Shown in pieces: positions 19,129 to 32,378 of a stretch of 64,000 nucleotides of DNA; the first letter of the stretch is position 1; every line of letters starts with the position of its first letter. Source of the stretch: Candidatus Freyarchaeum deiterrae. GTDB taxonomy: Archaea; Asgardarchaeota; Jordiarchaeia; Jordiarchaeales; Jordiarchaeaceae. A program made the translations under genes and the position numbers. Under the pieces are notes generated by a model. The model was not told the origin of the DNA and made no database searches. It saw nothing but the letters and a program-made list of their open reading frames with translations. The stretch spans positions 416,001 to 480,000 of the forward strand of contig CP147778.1 of the NCBI GenBank assembly GCA_037305845.1. Direction: 5' to 3'.

Positions 19129-21060
19129 TTACTTTTTCTCTTCGTCAACTACTCTGTAGTCCGCGTCAACAACTTTCTCTTTCTTGCCTTCTCCAGAGGG
19201 ATTTTCTGCATAACTCGCTTCTGCTTGTGATGCTCCAGAGTCTCGCTCATATGCTTGTTTTGCCTGTTGTTGATATGCTGTCTGTTGGCGTTGTGCTGTC
19301 TGTTGGTATGCCGCTGTACCCACTTCTTGTAGAATGTTTTTCAAAGCCTCAATTTTGGTCTTGATTGGTTCTGTATCTTTTCCTTTCATCGTGTCCTGTA
19401 ACTCTTTAACTGCTTCTTCTAATCTGCCTTTCTGATCTGAGGTTACTTTGCTACCCAGGTCCTTTATGGTCTTATTCGTCGTGTAAATCAGTGATTCTGC
19501 TTCATTTCTGGTCTCCGCCTCTTCCTTCTTTCTGCGGTCCTGATCCGAGAACTGGTCCGCTTCTCTTACCATGCGTTCCTTATCTCTACCGGAAAGCTTG
19601 GTCGAAGCGGTTATGGTTATTTTCTGCTCGTTTCCCGTAGCCAAATCCTTAGCGGATACATTCAGTATGCCGTTCGCATCTATATCGAAGGTAACCTCAA
19701 TCTGCGGCACTCCTCTGGGTGCTGGTGGGATACCTGTTAGGTTGAACATTCCCAGCGAAACATTGTCAGCAGCCATTGCCCGCTCACCCTGAATAACGTG
19801 AATTGTAACCGTCGTCTGAAAGTCTGAAGCTGTGGAGAATATCTGACTTTTCCTTGTTGGAATAGTGGTGTTTCTATCAATAACTTTGGTGGCAACTCCT
19901 CCCAGTGTTTCTACACCGAGGGTTAGAGGAGTTACGTCGAGTAGCAGAATATCGGTTACCTCTCCCGCGAGCACACCACCCTGGATAGCGGCTCCCATAG
20001 CCACACACTCCATGGGGTCTACTCCTCCCTCCGGGGGCTTATGCATAATGTCCTCCACGAATTTGCGGACTATGGGCATTCTGGTTGGTCCGCCTACGAG
20101 AATAATTTTGGCAATATCGTTAGGAGTGATTTTAGCGTCGGAGAGAGCTTGCTGCATTGGTCCTCGGCAGCGCTCAATAATGGGAGTAACCAGTTCCTCC
20201 AGCTTCGCCCTCGTCAGGGTCATACTCAGGTTCTTGGGTCCGCTCTTGTCCGAAGCTAGGAATGGAAGATTTATACTCGCTGTTAACGAGGTAGAGAGCT
20301 CTATCTTTGCGGTTTCCCCCGCTTCCCTAAGTCTTTGCATGGCTGTTGGATCTTTATGTAGGTCGATTCCAGTGCTCTTTCTGAACTCTCCTGCTAGATA
20401 TTCGAGAATTGCGTTGTCCATGTCCGTGCCGCCGAGCTGGGTATTTCCGCTGGTGGATTTTACCTCGAAAACACCTCCACCGAACTCCATTATTGTAACA
20501 TCGAGCGTGCCGCCTCCGAAGTCAAAAACCATGATTCGCATCTCTTTCTCAGCCTTGTCCAAACCGTAAGCCAAGGAAGCTGCAGTAGGTTCATTTATGA
20601 TTCTCACGACATCCAAGCCAGCAATGGTACCCGCATCTTTAGTCGCCTGCCTCTGATTGTCGTTAAAGTATGCTGGAACAGTGATTACCGCTTTGTTTAC
20701 TTTTTCTCCTAGGAAAGCTTCTGCATCCCTCTTTATCTTCTGGAGAAGGAACGCTGAAATCTGCTGAGGTGTGTATTCCTTACCTCGAATTTTCACCCTG
20801 TAGTCGGTGCCCATTTTTCTCTTAATAGCCATTACTGTTCCTTCAGGGTTTGTAATAGCCTGTCGCCTTGCGGGTTCGCCTACAAGGAGTGTTCCGTCCT
20901 CGGTAAATGCCACGAATGAGGGAAACGCTTTTCCGTAGAGTGATGTTCCCTCTGCGCTTGGTATTATTACTGGTCTGCCAGCCTCCATAACTGCGGCTGC
21001 AGAGTTACTTGTACCCAAATCTATACCAATTATTTTTTCCTTATTTCCTGACTTTGACAT
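19129..21060 (-). CDS. dnaK: Chaperone DnaK (Hsp70)
   Basis: [47 protein letters not shown]. Confidence 0.98.
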   Translation of the reverse strand: MSKSGNKEKIIGIDLGTSNSAAAVMEAGRPVIIPSAEGTSLYGKAFPSFVAFTEDGTLLVGEPARRQAITNPEGTVMAIKRKMGTDYRVKIRGKEYTPQQISAFLLQKIKRDAEAFLGEKVNKAVITVPAYFNDNQRQATKDAGTIAGLDVVRIINEPTAASLAYGLDKAEKEMRIMVFDFGGGTLDVTIMEFGGGVFEVKSTSGNTQLGGTDMDNAILEYLAGEFRKSTGIDLHKDPTAMQRLREAGETAKIELSTSLTASINLPFLASDKSGPKNLSMTLTRAKLEELVTPIIERCRGPMQQALSDAKITPNDIAKIILVGGPTRMPIVRKFVEDIMHKPPEGGVDPMECVAMGAAIQGGVLAGEVTDILLLDVTPLTLGVETLGGVATKVIDRNTTIPTRKSQIFSTASDFQTTVTIHVIQGERAMAADNVSLGMFNLTGIPPAPRGVPQIEVTFDIDANGILNVSAKDLATGNEQKITITASTKLSGRDKERMVREADQFSDQDRRKKEEAETRNEAESLIYTTNKTIKDLGSKVTSDQKGRLEEAVKELQDTMKGKDTEPIKTKIEALKNILQEVGTAAYQQTAQRQQTAYQQQAKQAYERDSGASQAEASYAENPSGEGKKEKVVDADYRVVDEEKK

Positions 21061-21080
21061 TTTTTAATGCCTCACAATCG

Positions 21081-21668
21081 TTAATTTTTATTAATTTCAT
21101 TGGAGTTAGCATCAATACTAACTGGCTTTTTTGCTACTTTAACGGTGCTCGGTCTAACTACCTTACCGTTGAGCATGAAGCCCTTTCTCACTTCTTCAAT
21201 CACGGTATTGTGGGGGTGGTCTTCTGTTTGAACCGTGAGTGTAGCTTCGTGTAGCTCTGGATTGAAGGGCTTCCCTAGAGCCTCGATCTCGCATAAACCC
21301 TCCTCACAGAGGAGTTTCTGGAACTTATTGAAAACCATCTCCACGCCCTCCACCAAAGTTTCCTTATCTTCAGCATCTTTGCCGTTCTTGATTGCAAGCT
21401 CCAGTTCATCCAGAACCACTAGAAGCTTGGTGATCAATCGTGCTTTCTCCCGGTTTAGTATTTCCCCCTTCTCCTTCTCCATTCTCTTCCTGTAGTTTTC
21501 GAAATCAGCCTGTAGATACTTCAACCTGTTTAAATTATCTTCCGCTCTTTTCTTTTCTTCTTCCAAAGATTTTTCCAACAATTTCATCTCTTTGGCTTCG
21601 TCCTGGATTTCCTTCTTACCTTTCTTATCCTTTGATTCTTTTGTATTCTCCTTCCCGGGTTCAGCCAT
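21081..21668 (-). CDS. grpE: Nucleotide exchange factor GrpE
   Basis: LQADFENYRKR, FNPELHEA, KGFMLNGKVVRPSTV; directly upstream of dnaK. Confidence 0.96.
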   Translation of the reverse strand: MAEPGKENTKESKDKKGKKEIQDEAKEMKLLEKSLEEEKKRAEDNLNRLKYLQADFENYRKRMEKEKGEILNREKARLITKLLVVLDELELAIKNGKDAEDKETLVEGVEMVFNKFQKLLCEEGLCEIEALGKPFNPELHEATLTVQTEDHPHNTVIEEVRKGFMLNGKVVRPSTVKVAKKPVSIDANSNEINKN

Positions 21669-21728
21669 AAAGATTCACCCCAATGTTCTCTATATAAATA
21701 ACTTCATCATTGTAATATAAAGGTCACC

Positions 21729-22433
21729 TTAACGCTTGGATTTTTGCTCCTTTTCCTCTATTGTTTTTAGCCCTTTCTCCTTCAGACCTCTAACAACTTC
21801 CTCCACGGTACTCTCCCTCATGTCGAGTTGCTCTGATATCAACTCGCATGAAACTTTTTTCTGATTCAGAATCCTATGCATAACTCTTCGTTCCTGGCTG
21901 GTCATATTTCCCATCGATAGGCAAGCTTCCTTCATAGCTAGGTTCCTTATGTAGAGCAATTTGGCACGCTTCTTCTCCATTAGGTCAACTTCATCTTCTA
22001 CATCAGAAATAAAAATGTTTAGCGCATCCAGCTTTTCTCCCTTTTCTTTAGCAGTAGTTATTTTATGCAGTCGTTTTTCAAGTTCGTCTTGGTCTGTTTT
22101 ATCATCAATCCACTCTTCGGGGTTATCAAAACACTTCAGTGACTCCATGTACAGGTTTGGGGCGAAATCTATTCTTAAAGAATAGAATTTTTTGATAGAA
22201 TACTGTTTTCTCTTCGGGCCTGCTGGGCTTTCTTCCTCGGTGCTCTCAATTATGCCCTCCGTCTCCATGTTATTAAGGTGCTTATTCACATTCTGCTGTC
22301 CCAGTTTTAGCTCTTTCGCCAACTGTAGAGCATAAGTCGGCTCTTCACTAAGCTTCTGAATAATCTTCCTCTTGACAGGATTATCAAGGACTGACACAAC
22401 CAATTCCAGTTCATCTTGATTACAACTACCCAT
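21729..22433 (-). CDS. ArsR-type winged-helix regulator (Phr/SurR-like), probable heat-shock repressor
   Basis: LDNPVKRKIIQKL..P.YALQLAKEL..GQQNVNKHL..GPKRKQYSI, coiled coil, second C-terminal HTH; between hsp20 and grpE. Confidence 0.85.
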   Translation of the reverse strand: MGSCNQDELELVVSVLDNPVKRKIIQKLSEEPTYALQLAKELKLGQQNVNKHLNNMETEGIIESTEEESPAGPKRKQYSIKKFYSLRIDFAPNLYMESLKCFDNPEEWIDDKTDQDELEKRLHKITTAKEKGEKLDALNIFISDVEDEVDLMEKKRAKLLYIRNLAMKEACLSMGNMTSQERRVMHRILNQKKVSCELISEQLDMRESTVEEVVRGLKEKGLKTIEEKEQKSKR

Positions 22434-22557
22434 AATTCCCACCACAATCATTTTTTAGATAAGAGGAAATGAGCTAACTTATCCAACCTCTTTCCTACAT
22501 AGCTTTAACTCGAGCACGCTGCGCCTCCTCCTCCTGGGCTTTTACATGTTGCAGTCC

Positions 22558-22618
22558 AGTTTACAACTTATCCCATTTTACAAATTATAGTTGTCTACTC
22601 CAAGTTTATTTATTTAAA
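22558..22618 (-). promoter_or_regulatory. Promoter of regulator/grpE-dnaK-dnaJ: BRE-TATA plus two palindromic operator-like sites
   Basis: Minus strand CGAAATG-TTTAAATA (TATA 22611-22618), then AGTAGACAACT (22589-22599) and AGTTGTAAACT (22558-22568). Confidence 0.6.
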
Positions 22619-22763
22619 CATTTCGCATATCAAATTAATTAAAAAGGAAGACAGAAAAATAAAAAATCTAAAGCATTCTTGAAAAAAGCATCATAATTAC
22701 TCGCAAAATATTACAATAAAAATTATACAAAGGAGGATGAATAAAGGGATTTTACCATTTCCC

Positions 22764-23312
22764 TTAACCTTCCTTGATTTCCACTTTTACCGGTTTTTCT
22801 ATTGTAGTGGGTTCCTTCTTAGGTATTTTCACTGTGAGGATTCCATTCTTTATTTCGGCTTTAGCCTTATTGGGTATAACCTCTTTAGGGAAGACTAAGT
22901 ATCTTCTGAATGATGTGTATGATCTTTCCCTATGGATATACTGCTTTCCCTTCTCCTCTTTGTCTTCCACAGCTTCTGCGGTTATGTCCAATCCTTCTTT
23001 GGTAACATTAATCTTTAGCTCTTTTTTCGTAATTCCGGGCATTTCCGCTTTAACAGTGTAACTGTCACCATTATCTACGAGATCCACACTTGGGTATCTT
23101 ACTACGGGTTCAAACTCTGAGAACCACTCTGGGGATATTACCTCGTACCACGGTCTGGTAAGATAATCTACAGTTCTCTTGAAATCTTCAACTACGTCGT
23201 CGAATGGCCGTGATGTAGTGGCATCTGTTTTAGTTCTTGTTGTTGTAATATCTGTTTTTTCTTCGGTCTCTTCTTCTTCCTCCTCCTCTTCCGGTACATT
23301 TTCGTCGCTCAT
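22764..23312 (-). CDS. Small heat shock protein Hsp20
   Basis: PSVDLVD..YTVKAEMPG..ERSY.SFRR..P..V..AKAEIKNGILTVKIPK; C-terminal VxI. Confidence 0.95.
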   Translation of the reverse strand: MSDENVPEEEEEEEETEEKTDITTTRTKTDATTSRPFDDVVEDFKRTVDYLTRPWYEVISPEWFSEFEPVVRYPSVDLVDNGDSYTVKAEMPGITKKELKINVTKEGLDITAEAVEDKEEKGKQYIHRERSYTSFRRYLVFPKEVIPNKAKAEIKNGILTVKIPKKEPTTIEKPVKVEIKEG

Positions 23313-23343
23313 TTATTATTTCCTCCATTATTCATCTTATTAT

Positions 23344-23396
23344 AGTATACAAACTCCAGTTGTAAACTTGGAAGGCATGACATATAAATCTTTTGG
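23344..23396 (-). promoter_or_regulatory. hsp20 promoter with operator palindrome
   Basis: Minus strand CCAAAAGA-TTTATATG (TATA 23381-23388), followed 12 nt later by AGTTTACAACT (23358-23368). Confidence 0.6.
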
Positions 23397-23610
23397 TTAA
23401 CAACCTCACCGCAACCAACAGAAAACACAACAACAAAAACCAAAGAAAACCCAAGACACACAAATTAACCAAAATATAAAAATCAAAAACAAGTAATGAA
23501 AGTACCACTCAACAAAGGGCATTCGTCACCCCTTTTGTTGGAGGGTGGTTCCAGTAATTTGAATGCTTCCAACTCCCGAGGTTGAAATAGCTAAAAATAA
23601 ACACAGATTG

Positions 23611-24276
23611 TTATTCTTTTTCGTCAAGCTTTTCTCTCAATTCGGGAATACTCTTTACTTCAATATCCGCTAAAGGAGTGGGAATCTCTTTTTCACTTAC
23701 TAGTGTGGTTTTCATTCCTAACTTCTTGGCTGGTGCCAAATCCGATGAAACGCTGTCCCCGACCATCATTACGTAGGAGGGCTTCAAGCCAAAGGTTTTT
23801 ATTATAAGTTTGAATGGTTCGGGATCTGGTTTCCCTTTTTCCGTTTCGCTAGCGGTGATTAGGGGTTCGAAGAGATTCGAATCTAAACCTAGTGCTTTAA
23901 GAATGTTAAGTGTGGTTTTTCGGCTCAGATTAGTTAGCATGGCGATTTTCCATTTTCCCTTCATGTAATCCAGTGTTTTCCTTAGTTCGGGGTCGGGTTT
24001 AAGGAACTTTGAAGCGTCCACAGAGTCTACAGCCTTGTAGAAATCCGCTCTCGAGATACCCATTCGGTCAACTATGTCGGAAACGGGGGGTCTTCTGAAA
24101 CCCTGTCCCCTAAGTTCCTCAACTATCTTTAGAAATTCTTTAAGGATCTCCTCCTCGCTCTTTCCGGTCTTTTCTTTGATAAGTTTAAACACCTGCGAAC
24201 GCCACTCGTTCGCCAGCTCCTTTGAGTTGTAGAGTGTACCCTCCAAGTCAAAAATCAGAGCCTTAACATCCAACAC
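23611..24276 (-). CDS. HAD-superfamily hydrolase
   Basis: IFDLEGTL, LTN, KPDPEPF, MVGDSVSSD. Confidence 0.9.
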   Translation of the reverse strand: MLDVKALIFDLEGTLYNSKELANEWRSQVFKLIKEKTGKSEEEILKEFLKIVEELRGQGFRRPPVSDIVDRMGISRADFYKAVDSVDASKFLKPDPELRKTLDYMKGKWKIAMLTNLSRKTTLNILKALGLDSNLFEPLITASETEKGKPDPEPFKLIIKTFGLKPSYVMMVGDSVSSDLAPAKKLGMKTTLVSEKEIPTPLADIEVKSIPELREKLDEKE

Positions 24277-24519
24277 TAGGCACCCCTAAAAATCAAACGG
24301 ACTTGATTAAAATACCATGCCTCAGCAATTACTCAAAAGCTTTATGGTAAGTCAAATTCTCCAAAGAAAGATGGATGTAGAGTTTTTCCACAGTCCTGTT
24401 GTTTGGGAATCAGAAAAAAATAAATCTGAGACCTAGTTAATAAAAATCATACTCTCTAAGTTACGGAGAGTATAAAGGCATGGGAGAGGGTAGACCTTAC
24501 AGTAGTAGGAGGAGTTTTT

Positions 24520-25392
24520 ATGGAGAAGAAGTATCCTTATGGAAAAGGGATAGTTAAATGGATTTCAACCGACTGGTTGATGGATCATCTTGAAGATAAA
24601 AACTTTATGATTTTGGACACTCAACCGGACATCCACGATTATATCCAAGAGCATATACCTAACGCAGTCTACATGAGCGAGAAAATGCTGCGTGCCCCCT
24701 TAAGGAGAATGCCCGGTGCATACGTTTCTCCGGATATTGCCCAGCTAATCTACCGCCGCCTAGGCCTGCGGCCGAATGTACCGGTAATTGTCTATACAGG
24801 TACTGGGCCTTTCAAAGGTTGGGGCGATGGCTTGGAACAGACGATGGTAGTGTATAGTCTAATCCGCTTTGGTCACAACAATGTCTACGTTCTCGATGGG
24901 GGCATTGACAAATGGAAGGCAGAGGAGGGTACGCTCACCAAAGTCTACACCAACGTTGAAGAGTCCAACTTTAAAGTAAAGGTTCGACGCGAATTCTTTG
25001 TTGAATACGAAGAATTCAAGAAGATAAAGGACAATGAAGATGTGCTCCTGCTGGATGCACGCCCTACAAACGTTTACGAGGGTCAAGGGCCATGGATTAA
25101 GCCCGGACATATCCCCGGAGCGGTCAATCTGCCGTGGGCCAGCCTTATGGACGATAAGAACAAGCGGTTGCTCAAGCCCGACGATGCGATTCAATCTATT
25201 CTGGATGCACATAACGCAACACCGGACAAGAACATTATCTGCTCGTGCGGAACGGGTCGCGAAGCGACCAACGAGTTTCTCCTGTTTAAGTACTATCTGA
25301 GCTATCCCAATGTCAAAATTTATGAGGGTTCCTTCACCGAATGGGTTGATTACCCCGAAAACCCAACGGTGGTTGGAAAAAGCCCTCGCTAA
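24520..25392 (+). CDS. Tandem-domain sulfurtransferase (rhodanese)
   Basis: HIPNA and GHIPGA signatures, LDGG, active loop [14 protein letters not shown]. Confidence 0.92.
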   Translation: MEKKYPYGKGIVKWISTDWLMDHLEDKNFMILDTQPDIHDYIQEHIPNAVYMSEKMLRAPLRRMPGAYVSPDIAQLIYRRLGLRPNVPVIVYTGTGPFKGWGDGLEQTMVVYSLIRFGHNNVYVLDGGIDKWKAEEGTLTKVYTNVEESNFKVKVRREFFVEYEEFKKIKDNEDVLLLDARPTNVYEGQGPWIKPGHIPGAVNLPWASLMDDKNKRLLKPDDAIQSILDAHNATPDKNIICSCGTGREATNEFLLFKYYLSYPNVKIYEGSFTEWVDYPENPTVVGKSPR

Positions 25393-25480
25393 TTGAATCG
25401 AATTGCATTGAATTATCTCTGACTGCTCCACCTTCGGCCTGTTATTAATTAAATGACATCTTAGCTAGCGTTTCGTCAAA

Positions 25481-26032
25481 TCACCGCTTAGTGCTTACCT
25501 CAACTCCGTCTTCGTCTGCTGGAATATATTTGCTATCGTATTTTCCAGAGGTTCTCACATAGTTCAAGTAGTCCCTCATAAGCTTCTCGAATATTCCTGC
25601 ATTATCCGCCACAACAACACTTCCATTGTGAAGCTGATCCTCAATTAACCGCAGATAATTCATATATTCTCTTTTTTCAGCGTCGAGGAAGACCATGTCG
25701 AATTTGTCTTTAATCATTGGCAAAAGTTCCATGGCATTTCCGACCAGTACCTCTACGACTGGCTTTATTTCGGCTTTGAGTATGTTCTCCTTCGCCGTCT
25801 TCGCCTCAGCCGCGTCGATCTCAATTGTAATAATACTTGCGTCACTCTCCAATTCTTTTCCCATCAGGATTGCCGAGTAGCCAATAAGTGTTCCAATTTC
25901 CAGAACGCGTTTGGGTTTAATCTTATGAATAACCTCCACTAGAATTTTACCCTTGCGCGGGCCAATTATAGGAAGTGACTCCTCCTCCGACATCTTTTCT
26001 ATAGTTCTTAAAATCTTATCCGCTTTGCTCAT
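25481..26032 (-). CDS. O-methyltransferase (class I SAM)
   Basis: VLEIGTLIGYSA, FDMVFLDAEK, VVVADN. Confidence 0.9.
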   Translation of the reverse strand: MSKADKILRTIEKMSEEESLPIIGPRKGKILVEVIHKIKPKRVLEIGTLIGYSAILMGKELESDASIITIEIDAAEAKTAKENILKAEIKPVVEVLVGNAMELLPMIKDKFDMVFLDAEKREYMNYLRLIEDQLHNGSVVVADNAGIFEKLMRDYLNYVRTSGKYDSKYIPADEDGVEVSTKR

Positions 26033-26288
26033 AGTTATTCCCTATATCATCATTATACTCTAATCAATTTCAAATTTCTAGAGAAACTTTCTACCTAAAA
26101 TTATGGTTTCGGCATCTGCGATATTCTGCTGAAATCTTGTTTCCTCAACGGGGTGAAAGCAATCTTTTCAATTTAAAGATAGAAAAATAGGAATGGTTTA
26201 TGAAGCAGCTCATTCCATTTGTATCTTTCATTATTACTATGAGCTAGGATATTCACAAGCCTAAATTAGGCTAGTCAACGCTTTTTCA

Positions 26289-26855
26289 CTAATCAGCGTT
26301 TCCTTTTAGTCTTCTAGTCCAATTAACTAGATACTGTAGTACTAATTTTAATATTTCTCTTGTTTGCTGATCTTTAAGTTTGCCTTTGTCATCAAATTTT
26401 TCTGTTGCATTTGTTAAAAAGAATTCTGGGGCGTTCATAGGATGCATGTTAAGAGTAACGCAGATTTGTCTAAGATGATACTGGGCTTTCGCAGCTCCGA
26501 AAGGTCCTATGGATGCGCTCAATATACCGACTGGCTTATCGTTAAAGGGATTGTCCCCGAAAGGTCTTGAAGCGGCATCGATTGCGTTTTTTAGAACACC
26601 GGATACAGAGTAGTTGTATTCTGGTGTTGCAATTAGAAGAGCGTCTGCAGCCTTAATTTTTGCTTTGAAGTCCTTAACCTTTTGGGGCGGATTATTTTCG
26701 AAGTCTTGATTGAATGGGGGGATTCCCTCAAGGTCAAATATCTCGAGTTTTGCATCCTTCGGCAACACTTCCATAGCTGCACGTAGCAATGCTTTGTTGT
26801 AAGAACCTTTTCTTAAACTACCTGCAAAACCTAAAATAGAAATTTGATTAGCCAT
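26289..26855 (-). CDS. NADPH-dependent FMN reductase
   Basis: GSLRKGSYN, ATPEYNYSVSGVLKNAID. Confidence 0.92.
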   Translation of the reverse strand: MANQISILGFAGSLRKGSYNKALLRAAMEVLPKDAKLEIFDLEGIPPFNQDFENNPPQKVKDFKAKIKAADALLIATPEYNYSVSGVLKNAIDAASRPFGDNPFNDKPVGILSASIGPFGAAKAQYHLRQICVTLNMHPMNAPEFFLTNATEKFDDKGKLKDQQTREILKLVLQYLVNWTRRLKGNAD

Positions 26856-27044
26856 AATTTACCTCCTCTTAATTTGCCCACTCATGGTTCACAAGAAAAA
26901 GAAAAGGGGTAACCTTCCTTAAATTGTTATCGCATGTAAAATGAGTTAGTAAACTTGCATATTCTATGTTACTATCCTCAATATGGAAACGCTTATTAGT
27001 TTCAGCCTTTTCATCTATTTACTCATACGAGAAGGAGGGATGTC

Positions 27045-27356
27045 ATGCCAATAGATCCTGATTTTCAGAAGAATCGAAAGATCGCCAATCAACATCAAGG
27101 CCATAATGTCTGGGGGCCAGTGAAACCCCCAAAACAACTTGGCATACATGGAACAAATGTGGCGGTTGACTGGGACATTTGCGAAGGAGACGGCATATGT
27201 ATCGACGTCTGCCCAGTAACCTTATTTGACTGGGGCGATTCTCCGGGGAATCCAATCTCTGACAAGAAATCCGACCCAGCCAGAGAAACAGAATGCATTC
27301 AGTGTATGGCGTGTGAAAATCAATGTCCTGTCCAAGCAATAAAAGTAACCGCCTAA
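27045..27356 (+). CDS. zfx: Zinc-containing dicluster ferredoxin (Sulfolobus/Thermoplasma type)
   Basis: N-terminal IDP..HxxH..GIHG extension, CxxDxxCxxxCP, KSDP Asp ligand, CxxCxxCxxxCP. Confidence 0.88.
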   Translation: MPIDPDFQKNRKIANQHQGHNVWGPVKPPKQLGIHGTNVAVDWDICEGDGICIDVCPVTLFDWGDSPGNPISDKKSDPARETECIQCMACENQCPVQAIKVTA

Positions 27357-27660
27357 GAAATTAGAACATTGACCACTACTTGATCTTCCTATTTTTTATT
27401 TTCATTTTCTTTTTCTAATAACTCAAACCTGCCCCTGAGTAATTCCCAATCAAACGGAATATAATTTATTTCACTCCTTGCAAAATTTTCTCCAATAGTT
27501 TTTCATACATCTTTCCAGAACTGGAAAGGACTTTCCCGTGATGCAATTTGGAGAATAATTGGTTATAGACTCAATTTCTTCGGAATTAAAGTTTGACTGC
27601 ATTCAACCAGATAATAGTCTTATCGAGATGACGAGTGCCAACATCAATGAGTCTATGGTT

Positions 27661-28428
27661 TCATTTTGCCTTTTTCTTACCCCAAATGTAGATCCATCCC
27701 AATTTGCCTTCGATTTTATAATCGCTGAAGGAAGTCTTCGTCATAATCTCTTCTATCTCTTCGCTGGTGTAACTTGCAAGTAGTGAGCCCGTTGGTTCGT
27801 TGATTCTTCTAATTGCATTTGCGCCCAAAAACCTGAGAGCAAAATTCTGAGCAAACCTTAAAAACCACAGGAATAGTCTGCGGGCATCCCTCCTCATGTC
27901 AAGTATCAGCATCTGCCCACCCGGTCTTAGGACCCGGTAAATCTCGTCGAAAGCAGACTGAGGATCAGCCCAATGGTGAAGAGACAGAGTACTCACCACG
28001 AAGTCTTGAGTTCCCATGTCGAAGGGCAAATTGTCTGCAGAACCCTGCCTGAACTCTACCCTTCGGCCATGCCCCATTGAGCGAAAGTTGGCCCTTGCTA
28101 TCTCAACCATCTCATTGGAAATGTCAACACCAACCAGCCTATTCTTTGGCAATTCCTTTGCTATGACCTGCAACAGATATCCCGGACCGCATCCGACATC
28201 GGTGATTGTCCCTTTAACTGCATACTTTTTCAGTTTCTTTACAAAACTCCGCCTGATAAGCCCAAACTGCGGCATCCTGCTTATGCGGTCGTACGCCTCT
28301 GCAGCCTTTGGATCTTCAATTCCTTGTAGGCTCACCGTCCGCGGAATCTTTAGCCGAAATGAACCAACAAGGATGATTAAAAGTAGAACGGCGCATAGAG
28401 CAAGAACGATTAACTCAGTAAAATACAT
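27661..28428 (-). CDS. Class I SAM methyltransferase with N-terminal membrane anchor
   Basis: DVGCGPG, GVDIS, SLHHW, RVLRPGG; hydrophobic N-terminus. Confidence 0.88.
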   Translation of the reverse strand: MYFTELIVLALCAVLLLIILVGSFRLKIPRTVSLQGIEDPKAAEAYDRISRMPQFGLIRRSFVKKLKKYAVKGTITDVGCGPGYLLQVIAKELPKNRLVGVDISNEMVEIARANFRSMGHGRRVEFRQGSADNLPFDMGTQDFVVSTLSLHHWADPQSAFDEIYRVLRPGGQMLILDMRRDARRLFLWFLRFAQNFALRFLGANAIRRINEPTGSLLASYTSEEIEEIMTKTSFSDYKIEGKLGWIYIWGKKKAK

Positions 28429-28606
28429 AGTCAGTCACTTTCAACCAGGCATAATATGGTTTTTAAAAGTTATATAGGTTGATGCATAAAAAGTTTTTTT
28501 TGGTGGGTTTTTGTTGCTTTTGTCTACTTCGGAAAGCTCTAATAAAAAGAGAGTAATATAAAAAATATTTGTTAGACAAAAAAGTTAGTAAGGTTATTAT
28601 GCCTAA

Positions 28607-31538
<2,932 letters not shown>

Positions 31539-31597
31539 GTTTTATCATCCCCTTAGTAAGCTACTAAAATTTTAAGTTCAAGTTTGGAGAACTTGTC

Positions 31598-31726
31598 TTA
31601 TCCGCCTGTTGCGGTATGCCTTCCAATGCAGCAGTCGCAGAGAGATGTTTCGCCACAGTACGGACAGCAGCATTGGCATTCGTCTATCGGGTTGCCACAT
31701 GTTTCGCACGTTTCTATTTCTATCAA
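31598..31726 (-). CDS. 42-aa Cys-rich protein ending in Gly-Gly (not in the ORF track)
   Basis: GGAGG SD at 31736-31740, TTG start, MIEIETCETCGNPIDECQCCCPYCGETSLCDCCIGRHTATGG*; 59 bp upstream of korA on the same strand. Confidence 0.8.
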   Translation of the reverse strand: MIEIETCETCGNPIDECQCCCPYCGETSLCDCCIGRHTATGG

Positions 31727-32378
31727 GCTATTTTTCCTCCTCTTATAATCCTTCAAAATATCCCGTGCATTAGGTAGATAAGTTCTATCCGAGAAAAAAA
31801 AGGTTTCGATTTTTGAGACCCGCGTGAACGTTTCCCACTAAGATTTGAGAACTAAATATGAACCAGAAAGTCTGGTGCATTTTGAGGGTTGAATACACTT
31901 TCTGCGGGGGAGATTTTTGTCTTTTTTAGTTTTCAATTCACGTCTAAAATAAGCCTTAAGAAATCTTCTTTAAGAAAAAGGAGGAAAAATCTAGCTGATA
32001 GAAAAATAAGAGGTGTAATAGAACGCCCATAAACCAAATAGACCCCAAAGAGGATTTTACCGACTTTTTATCTACATAATTTGATTAAAAAATAGTTATT
32101 CCGGGGTATGAAATTTGCGGTTTTTGAATTATATTGCTTAAATACTAAAACTTGTTGGAGAATGAAACGGGGATATTTTCAAATATATTCCTAAAAATGG
32201 TACAAAAGTCGAAGTTTAACTATAAAATGGGAAACACATGTATGAAAACGTTTATATACTAAAACATATTGAACATAAAACAATAACAATTTAATGTATA
32301 TTCGAACAGGATGTAAAACGCTAAAAACTATGCTTGTTTAAAATGCATGCTTTTTGTAGCAGAGGCGTTAATAAAATT

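Noticed and set aside
26944-26955. AGTTAGTAAACT as another heat-shock operator
   Set aside because: 4-nt rather than 3-nt spacer and an unrelated promoter
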